This document shows, piece after piece, positions 23,501-29,405 of a stretch of DNA of 64,000 bases; position 1 is the stretch's first letter, and the number at the start of each line of letters is the position of its first letter. The translations under genes were made by a program, and so were the position numbers. The DNA is from a virus. Lineage: Duplodnaviria > Caudoviricetes. The stretch is taken from the IMG/VR virus record IMGVR_UViG_3300024259_000011; one strand, given 5' to 3'. A model generated the notes under the pieces. The model did not search any database and had not been told where the DNA came from. It saw only the letters and a program-made list of their open reading frames with translations.

Positions 23501-26500
23501 ACCGTATGAACTGGATGTGGGAGTATCACAGTTGGGAAGACTTGCGCTCGGTGATGCGTCCTTGTCCATGTCCTTCGCCAGCAAATAGCCAAGTGGGAAA
23601 CCACCATAGATATGATAATCAAGGGGTCTTGGAGAGAACGGTACTGTAGCCGGATAAACATAATCCAACTTCTTAATGTCATCGTAGTTGATACCACCAT
23701 GAATGATGGTGCTTCTGTGTACAGAATATTTATAAGGAGTCGTGTACTGTCTATTAAATGTTTGTGCGCTGGCACTAAAGATGCCGGTGCGAGAAGCTAA
23801 CGTACCAGAGTGGTGCAAATCATTAGCGCTGCCGCTTGTCGCACGCAAAGCAGTCGCAGCTAGAATCGGATGTTCACGATCTGCTCGGCGACTCCACCAT
23901 AAGCAGTTCTCGTTGTCGTCCATCATCTCAGCAGAGCCGGTTGAACCTACTTCAACTGAACTGATCGAGTGGATATCCCTCGGAAGAGGGGCACGACCAC
24001 GTTGGTAATCGTACAAAAGTTTATTAATACCTTCGGCGCCTGCAATCGGAGGATCACCGTGGAATTCCATTGAAGGGAACTTGGTCTGGTATTTGTTTCT
24101 TTCCAGAATATGGCTCTCGACCATCGTTCTCAAACCTTCAGAAGAGTAGGCGGAGGCAGGCATAAGCTGCTCTAAGAACCTACTGACAGCGCCATCAACC
24201 CATTTGTAGTAGTCAACGTATTTGTCCAAGTCAGGAGTGTTGCCAATCCTTTCAAAGAACAGTTGACGAAGTTTCGCCAAGTCCTTATATTCGTGTCGGT
24301 ATCGGTTAACCGGCTCGCCGATGAGGTTGTCGAAGTCCTTAAGTGTGGCGAACATATTGATCATTTCTTCCGAAATGGTCTGGTACATGCTCTTTTCGAG
24401 CGCGTAAACAACCTTTGATGGTCGTGTCTCTCTGGTGAAGAACTCATCGTCACGTCTGCGAATCTCGACCATATCGCTGCTGTACAGATATTCTGGTAAG
24501 ACCATCTTAGCAGTAGGGATGTATCGCGTGTTAACAACGTTCGTCTTGTTGTCCAAGAAGAAATCACCGATACCTAGGTGCTGCATTCTGACTTGTGGGC
24601 TGAACTCTTCCTTGTATCGGTCGCCGTGGTCCGCTGATCCGGAAGACATATCATGCACAATGAACTGTGCATCTTGAGTGTTTAGTGCGGTGGTCGGGCT
24701 GTCTCCGGATCCAGTGACATTATCAAAGTTCCAGTGAAGCGCCAAAGTCGCAAGTTGTGGCACATAAACGCCACTCATCGCAGACTGATATACAAATGCA
24801 TTTTCGTATGGGCTGGTGGTACCGTAGTTGCTCTCGTCCATCGCGTGTGCAAGAACGACATTATCCGGTATATAACTCATCCAATAACGGAGATTTCCGA
24901 CATCAACGTTGGAATAATGAAGAACAGTTGAGCTAGTAAAGTCTTGGTGTAGGGCGCCGGCGTAACATCGTTTGGACGAAGACAAGAAAGTTTTACCAAC
25001 TGCTTCTGATACGGTAGTGGAAACACTAAACTCGTTTTGTACCAAATCGGTGAACATGTTAACGCCGTAGAACTCAACATCAAACGAGTTATCAAGACCG
25101 GCATTAAAGCTGGTTGCAGTGACAGTTGTGACGCCACTCATATCAATAGACGTATTCCCTGCAGTACCATGGGCTGCTTGGGTGAGTGTTATTCGCAATG
25201 GACCGGTTTGTTCAGTCGCGGCGATTGCAACATCGGATGCGTTGATAGCATCTCTAATTCTTTCTCCTACTGATGCGGCACTACCTAGAGCACCATTAAC
25301 ACCAATGATTACATTATCTCCATCTTTGGTGCCATCTACGGTTGTGACAGCGCGCTTAAATATAAAACCTACTGCAAGTCCTGCAGCATCTGTAAGGGTA
25401 AAAGTCTCACCGGTGAGCGGTCCACCCGTAGTGGTGATTGCTGCTGTTGCGGCACTAGAAGATCCGCTAACTTGATCTTGCCATGGGTATTTCGAGGGCT
25501 TGACTCTGACTGCAAAGTTCCATCTCGTATCGTCATAAATGTCTTCATAATATGAAGAGGTCAGCACGCCCAAGTTGGATGAAGATAGTTGGAAGTATGC
25601 TCTCTTAGATTCTAACCTGTCCTTGATTGCCATAACGCGGAGGTCTACGCCGTCGTCGGTTGGGAACCTAGTATCAGTGGTGCTCTCAACCGTGCCCATG
25701 GCGCCAAACAAAGATGCAGTAAAGAATGAGTCTTGGAACCATGTAGTGCTATCAGTTGGTTCGTCCTTCAGCGGGAAGAAGACTTCGCACTCGATGGTCT
25801 GCGGGTTGTATGCACCAAAGGCGCTGCCGCTAGCAGAGCCTGTAATATAAGCTGCTGCATGAGGGTTGTCATATACACCGTCTACAGACATAGACATCGC
25901 TTGATAAACCGTTCCTTGGAAGCGGTCTGGATGTGAGAAACTTACATAGTTTGTCTTATTCGATGTACTGCGCCGGTTATCTTTGAACACATAATCCGAT
26001 TGGTCAGAGTATACATTAAGCTTTACGAGTTCATCATCAACTCCGAAGCACCGTAACATATTGCGGAAAGACTTCTCGGTTCCTTTTGACTTGAAAATGT
26101 AGAGCAAGTTGGCGTAGATATTGGTGTAAATCTGATTTCGAGTATCTGCCAATGTCTCAGCATATTCTTTCTTTTCGTTGCGATGTAGGAAGTTCTCAAT
26201 GAATTCTGCTTCTTGCAGCAGTTCCGGTGTTGCGATTCCAAATTGTGAAACAAGCTTGTCTGCGAATGGGATGGGCTTGTAGCTAGCCGAATGTGCATTC
26301 TGGGTGTAAGCTGTCGAATATCGTTCTTTAATCTTACCCATCGCTTCAATCTGCAGATGCAGTTTATCGAAGTAGCTACCCATAATCTGAGTCAATTCAC
26401 TCAGTGTTTCAGATTCCTCGGCGCCTTCTTCAGATGTCCAAGACGGGAAACCAGCAGCTATTTTAGAAGGATTAAGGTTATCATGCGTAGAGCCGGATGC

Positions 26501-27907
26501 GGCTAACTCGCCACGGAGACCAGAAACTTCTGGGTGTGCTCTGTAGATAATTGGATCGTGGAACTCATAGCCATTGTGACTACCAGAGGTCATAGCAGAG
26601 CCAGTATTTCTAACCTCTGCTACACCACCACGCCACCAACCATTTGAGATTCGACCAGAATAGTCCAGAACCGTTGCATCACGGCTAGCCGTATGCATAA
26701 CACCTTCGTTGAACTTATAATAAACTCCGAGACCAACGTTGGATAGATCAGTGTTGGTTCCGCCGGCGATCTGAGTGTGCCAGTATCTTCCAATCTGCTT
26801 GGCATCACGGACAAGCTTCCAATAACGAAACTCGTCCAGTGAAGCTGAAAGCTTTGCTCCGCCCTTGGCAATCGTTGTCGTATCGTAATACCCTGTGGCG
26901 CCGGAGGGTGGAGCACGTAGGGCGCCCAAGTTTGCGGTAATGGAGCCGGTGACTCGACCTAAGGCTGCAGAACCCAGCTTTGAAGAACCGCTGACTTGTC
27001 CGTTGACAAACAATCTTGCGTTAACGCCGTCATCGTCCGGATCATTCTTAAGAGTAATAGCATAATGTTTCCAAACACCGTCAGCAACATCTGATGGGGT
27101 GATGGTCGCGATGGGCTGATTGATGAATCCCGACGTACCTGATTGGGCTGTCAACCTGATGGCTGAGCCTGCATCGGCGCCGCCCGTAAGCTCGATCATT
27201 AATCGACCATAGCCGGCTGAAGATGAGTTCTCGTTGTTCCAAAGGTCGAAGATTACTTCGCGTTCGGTCTTGCTAGTATAGAAATCATTTTTAAGGAGCC
27301 AGAACTCAACGGTTACGCCTGTCCGGAGGTCAAACTCCATGTTGTATTCTCTGGCTGAGCCTGAGTCATAAACATTGGAAAATGTGAAAAGCTTTTTTGA
27401 GCTTACATCGTGAGTCTCAAACGTACGATCAGCCGAACCGGTGTGAGGACCAGCCTTAATCTCGATGTACTCAAGGATATTATTGCTGGTAGTGTCTGGC
27501 ATACCATAGCCGCCAACAGTCTCGTCCGAAGAACTGACCATGCTGAGCCAGTCGCCTGAACCAGAGGTGGTACCAAGAGAAACATAACCTGTTGATTTCG
27601 GGTATCGATTCTCGAATATCCAACGATCTAGATAAGAAGACGAGTTTTGAAACTCTACCTTTTCTGCGCGGGATCCGTCGTAAGGATAAGTGTTTGTGAT
27701 CCGCTCGATACTGTCAGTATAATATTTCTCAGCAGAGCCGTATCTGGCGAAGTTAGAGGCAGTCGAAAAATCCACTGAGGGTACAAAGGTATTCTTATCA
27801 ACAATATATGCTTCTACATACGCCTCAGACTCGGCTTCATATGATACCTTGTCAGCGCTGCTGGATTGTGTTGTTTTTGTACTCTCAAATAAATCTTTAA
27901 GACTCAT
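11537..27907 (-). CDS. Giant baseplate wedge/fibre protein (gp7 / P2 gpI-like core with three LamG-like domains)
   Basis: 5456 aa. 'LLYIFKSKGTEKSFRNMLRCFG' matches the KGT...L..FG wedge motif. LamG-like domains at about 26700-27330, 24720-25810 and 21800-22550 (TVEFW, WKHYAIT/WWHLAVTYD, LFVNG/VYLNG, SLDEFRYW/SIDDITIWNRPLS). Follows gp25 and gp6 genes. Confidence 0.75.
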   Translation of the reverse strand: MSLKDLFESTKTTQSSSADKVSYEAESEAYVEAYIVDKNTFVPSVDFSTASNFARYGSAEKYYTDSIERITNTYPYDGSRAEKVEFQNSSSYLDRWIFENRYPKSTGYVSLGTTSGSGDWLSMVSSSDETVGGYGMPDTTSNNILEYIEIKAGPHTGSADRTFETHDVSSKKLFTFSNVYDSGSAREYNMEFDLRTGVTVEFWLLKNDFYTSKTEREVIFDLWNNENSSSAGYGRLMIELTGGADAGSAIRLTAQSGTSGFINQPIATITPSDVADGVWKHYAITLKNDPDDDGVNARLFVNGQVSGSSKLGSAALGRVTGSITANLGALRAPPSGATGYYDTTTIAKGGAKLSASLDEFRYWKLVRDAKQIGRYWHTQIAGGTNTDLSNVGLGVYYKFNEGVMHTASRDATVLDYSGRISNGWWRGGVAEVRNTGSAMTSGSHNGYEFHDPIIYRAHPEVSGLRGELAASGSTHDNLNPSKIAAGFPSWTSEEGAEESETLSELTQIMGSYFDKLHLQIEAMGKIKERYSTAYTQNAHSASYKPIPFADKLVSQFGIATPELLQEAEFIENFLHRNEKKEYAETLADTRNQIYTNIYANLLYIFKSKGTEKSFRNMLRCFGVDDELVKLNVYSDQSDYVFKDNRRSTSNKTNYVSFSHPDRFQGTVYQAMSMSVDGVYDNPHAAAYITGSASGSAFGAYNPQTIECEVFFPLKDEPTDSTTWFQDSFFTASLFGAMGTVESTTDTRFPTDDGVDLRVMAIKDRLESKRAYFQLSSSNLGVLTSSYYEDIYDDTRWNFAVRVKPSKYPWQDQVSGSSSAATAAITTTGGPLTGETFTLTDAAGLAVGFIFKRAVTTVDGTKDGDNVIIGVNGALGSAASVGERIRDAINASDVAIAATEQTGPLRITLTQAAHGTAGNTSIDMSGVTTVTATSFNAGLDNSFDVEFYGVNMFTDLVQNEFSVSTTVSEAVGKTFLSSSKRCYAGALHQDFTSSTVLHYSNVDVGNLRYWMSYIPDNVVLAHAMDESNYGTTSPYENAFVYQSAMSGVYVPQLATLALHWNFDNVTGSGDSPTTALNTQDAQFIVHDMSSGSADHGDRYKEEFSPQVRMQHLGIGDFFLDNKTNVVNTRYIPTAKMVLPEYLYSSDMVEIRRRDDEFFTRETRPSKVVYALEKSMYQTISEEMINMFATLKDFDNLIGEPVNRYRHEYKDLAKLRQLFFERIGNTPDLDKYVDYYKWVDGAVSRFLEQLMPASAYSSEGLRTMVESHILERNKYQTKFPSMEFHGDPPIAGAEGINKLLYDYQRGRAPLPRDIHSISSVEVGSTGSAEMMDDNENCLWWSRRADREHPILAATALRATSGSANDLHHSGTLASRTGIFSASAQTFNRQYTTPYKYSVHRSTIIHGGINYDDIKKLDYVYPATVPFSPRPLDYHIYGGFPLGYLLAKDMDKDASPSASLPNCDTPTSSSYGGVVKREGYKVIDGWETFKSNAGGQYVAGGAYTPDWGSGSYTTFRGNLVMPFNVISSSTEDVNAGYTALINQELTVYTGTGIAITSTSSDGTYTHKIGQAYFDPPSQITTKVGGLGRGVNLVNLHTDTYGEDKELPLQGPFTEKYVGGRRYRHADVNDGTHTIQNREEGFLMLISTAMSYSDGVIDATSGGVGLVGPDYPYPHGPYPFAQGDATNWRPIGGRYYRDETAKRPVNIRNIQMKTASAGDYYLYPETQNVGRHKVVNIYAGNSKGVTWPASGDAAGDVLYVSASIYGPYTAVTNTVRHVHSETPDYSSNPFYFSGSNAKFTYSTWLWMKDDGTNRRLITMGSAKYGPSGEYGGWTIDKTANDFLSIRLPTTSDALQEQGQTTYGRHAQWVTATGSMTLNSDESGSYLTDNEGWWHLAVTYDATQGGTSGSDGFEIDTDAKPKVYLNGTEQTVTTNIAPAKFVIEMTSSHAFRKDSSNNALNIAPAVVIGGNISAPASYEFSGSIDDITIWNRPLSQGEVRELMGNGGYYSHPNTASGGPPFVVRTLAYQSDTGSLLAWWRMGDHSSDHSLTSQGKNSVLFYDGRNEYDTDRLGTRWEDDALYGIYNLTAAQNSTVATQFAYNTQPLTPATGTADTWVIDYHNQIATGSARTIIGNYRKNYEVVHTVGRSVQKPFLRDNQSVRNILQTGSFAEVSGNVNTAGVSASWSATTPTNIVELPATTHVETFLTQRHSFLPNSTTGDPQHLSSTDNTDVFVYNYLADPHSSASVADGARVIVSAIKGGGAGTDDQHVYMDFEVQNRASSSTNLDTIFANRFSAPGGPRNQSKGFLDLAAEEYSVYNAYPWRNLEVLGSSSGEQYNISASTHDMAAHPRLGLQSLRRLPMGRFGLPTVTSGATAGTYDTQASWHKVNRNPSFGFRSGRSDEEADLDPTSVARKVAIGNLYSTLPTAGSTVIIQDATGSSHHYQWKNSVDDTGVDVTDLTKAGTAADPYLIGIHTTASAIADSAANITALGNAIKGTTGFGVSDYTNRSSNYYQVIILTYALSGTLANSIDWSNAAEARNELGTWFTVDGGAAVGEQGTSWGDTQMGAGALPAVVDRWRYDNDYVTRPIPQNDYQYAWISASLAPSGSDSTLPQLGYGYHLSSLNIPTLTGSRPVDPILFNSASDAGSAIGDTDTHANSDDRGFRYFGIAKSLGYQDIPNVQTLNLNLREEQNTWLSDASGAVALGFFASGGILPADDKQVIGANTNDRRGGFAYGSRIGSLHNYLNGTFLFNDGRESVSGIGPTIHNSEKIHLQGAFVGDSDGTSPDLWDNEKIRYDVTPMYWSGAAGTFTHENVDFTPSSTDHQHYAINQSVASIFNSLMWKRNGPYGYPTWKQIRTGEHILARTMRENNRYVLVDPQSDRVENPAPGFVGRRRYKSRMRGKDAVAAFKRLGHINTAERTHHHYYVPVVDRSSKSMITTIQVGDFTEAHFSPGLGTMGGPEGTHYSTTEDLLYVKSTYQNNLKNFPINKLNTDVGLLNYKSERTVFDDLYEMYTEKTDINGDNAYTLVSLIYRETIFPRAKNVGRAGYRSRARFDAGFWAADDDAEMQHLDDESHLVDYDPVGRRTYFDETGDPRSPRTAFRFHLGPDASTYYWSTTDTIYSVFHNQESKENNVQYIEYSASVWPMDGGSINLERNSTALTDRKDMLGARAGGVDGSLEAAQFRASGSDALSHNRGFMRGRSIEKAHTFGAPGILQNQFTWFHNGMKYGWDPTNIADSTRIPVVSSSTVSVNSYQNIAEMIGNTRVDPAGYMVSERYVVCAASNIAFGPSYARPHMLVGRDSYCSPSAGKAAYSRRFNFASETSELTGASSYGKGDGLSPMFPGINHEYATSDDNDEYSIADGINSNQFCTIPHTSSIAPKPYDLGDRIVSQLTRSIGHTVEGLYVSDWKWKAPEQSGKAPFYANYSDWFEEMRGKSQDRQVLPEYRISDRIPFFVLDKQGRFKSRDSEWLSLIGNPSSSAGGPLTGSSHTAKIGSTVTSSFVSDYAITAKPALFDAIRSKHTDIAEPYQLTLTCDAVLKFLPYEGFYPQLRTVDLCKQFINSYDEHVTFKSDMGVNDKPSSFVRADSSGSIRPPKSALPWYGFNPWHRVPEGQVYGSMLIGAAAAKLQFVINSAGPSVGQALTIADYSNNTVIYTVAQANTVGTDTVGWEKMSTATTVAGAIERANAFRHAIERGDHKNTLIAYISHVAGSYVELTIISVLAGSNGNRTMSENCTGIHIGSNFAGGGTNTAHTLTTAMFYSDVDKGGYDFNLDEIVDPTSPRVGGSGKRYSSGFETHGRNAAAAKRPFYGPFMAPGILFNTIKSGIAVDYPVLNRKLATTSSVDRDGGRNYQILNEYFDNRLPFETLVEPEKYLTNVPLVDMEPHPSASMNVTASWNGQGDPLYKMMMHNFLAEVPSFFLADGKMQSFTSLPESDGNFGQVSAVVHNGDQIIPEYRMMVKVWKSQESVAVSTTPSSSNHWANHRGPLKPIPTLTHAGTPSGTMPFLGQYEPCYYTDVVGMEARGYQRGFGGALTEGVEYGAFGGSTSGSYDPDGGDSQAADDGGLWTSDGGFGVGNPIADYQSPYGQDYAKEESQYPRPQIIAPETITMYSRPSAFGPPCAGGYAFQPELEYMYTGSVAPMSMSFAAGAGSHVPGSGTVGKVADRIGTTYGMKDSTNGYNAPFTPPYYDGQAWALVTFKPTRTGKHYLDDIWENTTVNFLRYEFDYVSGAYGDWGTVGPQGYAMNVNAMQVDAAVKIKGKTQIKEVTYDALTGQPLSVSDSLDTSTRNSAWVIETKFETPILHFGYGLTDNQSAPTLSGSASGSCLVERNGYHHGYAGLCEPIGMWHQYGEIPSASQGIYLEIGDIPEPYTLHGTEMTIANPKWLQVTGSPDWNCGSTANLRTWKSGSTEYYGAVDWDGHISGTFTNSIVNKTNGILLAGEGYRFSGSFSGSADAFIVSRQTIDNPDMVSGRSGAREDNSGAQQYMRWRLMSTGSLAGIIADMTHLQLISADDGTILDTTWGCPITRTSAVAPGISGSAPCYERGFYITAEVTGSNIISGSAHAGGSTSTHAMASFQVDGDPDGTPTPPALNQTITITDYAGASQVYTAKDATDAANGQFIRSGVSNQVVATAIVLCINTLQGSTIEATAHAQHGLGTDRIILRSVKGGQAGNDTGVTDAGSANIVWSSATGFNITTGNAATDQNLPNFNYGHIGGPNLAGGATKAASPIDLQTHLNRGYPGTSSARQRLMGIGKLTGSFNDEGGPIPFRNYYSQWEHSVPNNPNVDVAALAAGYRSPLHKNKRGVIPEEPHFSNNIGTGSFGDALGASFYSHAYDNTHPYYTNKLGYEVKTFSTGTLLHLTHSAQGTAHYGPLVGGKIPANTFNTSYVVSSSVGQGKADILCGYTGSYSRRGEGGGDTPANRQLVADHIIDGPLSGTAPVFPNGNRLISGFTAGETSYQRWASDYYYAGDSNDSPANCSGSLTAQGTGGGGEKAGVQGFHADGTLPGLAADNAYSTNHLRSLEDIYPLGMRGWDATAAGWVSNSTGSHANRGKSIPEQFIIDPIEMWYSNPVHIANVRTADMNLRSPIMTLQGFGLGNPAKYLHKIQDAVGSPRTVPSGKFLPRSGIPALTRSLGSLVGFDPTAKKLGQVAEVKKVKEAVVAMPYIMVRGRRHFVELNRDQIDRYYGRNDYENVTYWSALENGLSLEGKAKSPKSGLQVNLGASVLRQMRLMEDYVLPPHLDFARNDTANPYAMYMFEFEHQFDGQDLADMWQGLYPDSGKVMKQVTKSVTHDLNVLELLGAASDTGGTKVPPQIRFMVFKIKQRAAINYFAKTSDDTDDSRFRFKFKNASSTTTPDWSYNWPYDFFSLVETTKLDMSISLKNKKLISDIELQDLSQQITMAPTMDTGESGASAVTSLASSVLESSRRMSMRASTSAAASAAVGASWGSPSVGRR

Positions 27908-29405
27908 GTTTCTCTACTCTGAACTTAAACGCCTCTGGTTGCTCCACATAAGAGCTGAGTGCGCCGTTATAATATGCGAATTGGATAGCGTATCCATAGC
28001 CCGGTTCTAGTAGTTCCATGTCCAAGTCAAAATAGTTGCCTGAGACATCGAATGATAACTGTGTTTCCATGGTGCTACCGGTGCCGTGAGGGATTACTAC
28101 ATAATCGTCTGTAATTCTGTAAATCTTGAAGGAGCCACTGTCAATACTCAAATTGGGGATTGTAGCGGTTGCCTTAGAATAAATAGATGGGCTCCAACCT
28201 TTTTCGCGAACGAAAAGCCTGAATCTAGCTGTTTCATCTGGGTGGTAAGTCGCCTTAAGGTTAGTAATCTTTGTTACATGTATGGGCGTGGGATTGTAGT
28301 CGGAAGCTTCCAGCAGTTCTGGGTAGATGGAGCCTGTATGCCATTGGGTGCCATCGACCTCCCCTGTACACCAAACATCGAACAATCTATTTACAGGAGT
28401 TGATGCTGCAGTCATGCAGACATCCACACTATAGACGCCTGTTGAGACCCAACTTCCAGTAGCTGGAGTGGATGAGGACATCTCGTCGGACACGGATACT
28501 TGAATCAAAGAATTGGTTGCCGGCTGGGAGTTGTCTGCAGAGCCAGAGTACATATGAACATATACGCTTCCAGTGCCGCCAGCCTCTCCGTGAGACGCGC
28601 TCACTTGAGGCAAGTTCTTTAACTGCCCTCTGACATAGTTGTATAAAAAGAGCGTATTTTTATTATCGTCTGCCTCTGCCAAAGAACTACTGTAGAAGAA
28701 GTTTGCTCTGTCGTCCTTGTCGGCAGAATCCCAGCGAGCCTCGATAACGGGGCGCTTATAAAAGTACTGGCTTGACCTTGCAAAGAACTTTTTGCTGTAA
28801 TAGGAGCTAGATGCGACTTCGTGGCTAGAGGATAGCATGACTCCGACACCATAGTTTGTGTAAGTGTCGGCTAGCCAGTACTCAACCATGCCTGTAATAT
28901 CAACTTCCAAGTCTTCCGTGCCATCGATGAAGTTGGTAGAGTAGACCAAGCTGGTTTGATAGTCGCCGCCGGGGGCTGTCCAAGCTGTCACGCCGCTGGA
29001 CTGGCTTTGTGCCGCAGTCCAGTTGGCATATCCATAATCGGTATAAGAGTCTGCGTCGATGCCGGTGCCTTCATCCCAGTTTCTAGAGATCGCTTTAACC
29101 ATTAAAGTGAAGTTTGTAGGCACCGTAAAGGGATGAACCGCATTAAACATACGCAAGTAAAATGAAACGTTTCCGCTAGCAGGTAATGAGCCGCCGGAGC
29201 GGTCTGAAGTGATGTTGTCTGTTGGGAACTTGACCAATAGGCGAGAGTTCTCGGAAGATGTTCCCTGCGCTTGTCCATAAATATGAAAGATCTCCATACT
29301 GTCTGCTGCGCCCATGTTTGAGCCAGTCGCATGTGAGGTCATGTTTGCCTTGAAAGCATTCGTGATAGTCGTGTCTGCAAACGCAGTATATCTTTTAATG
29401 CCCAT
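27897..29405 (-). CDS. Baseplate-associated protein with DNRLRE/CBM96-like N-terminal domain
   Basis: 'ADTTI...NMG...SRLLVKF...YLRMF...ISRNWDEG...ANW...WTAPGGDY' follows the DNRLRE pattern. Lies between the gp6-like and gp7-like genes. Confidence 0.6.
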   Translation of the reverse strand: MGIKRYTAFADTTITNAFKANMTSHATGSNMGAADSMEIFHIYGQAQGTSSENSRLLVKFPTDNITSDRSGGSLPASGNVSFYLRMFNAVHPFTVPTNFTLMVKAISRNWDEGTGIDADSYTDYGYANWTAAQSQSSGVTAWTAPGGDYQTSLVYSTNFIDGTEDLEVDITGMVEYWLADTYTNYGVGVMLSSSHEVASSSYYSKKFFARSSQYFYKRPVIEARWDSADKDDRANFFYSSSLAEADDNKNTLFLYNYVRGQLKNLPQVSASHGEAGGTGSVYVHMYSGSADNSQPATNSLIQVSVSDEMSSSTPATGSWVSTGVYSVDVCMTAASTPVNRLFDVWCTGEVDGTQWHTGSIYPELLEASDYNPTPIHVTKITNLKATYHPDETARFRLFVREKGWSPSIYSKATATIPNLSIDSGSFKIYRITDDYVVIPHGTGSTMETQLSFDVSGNYFDLDMELLEPGYGYAIQFAYYNGALSSYVEQPEAFKFRVEKHES

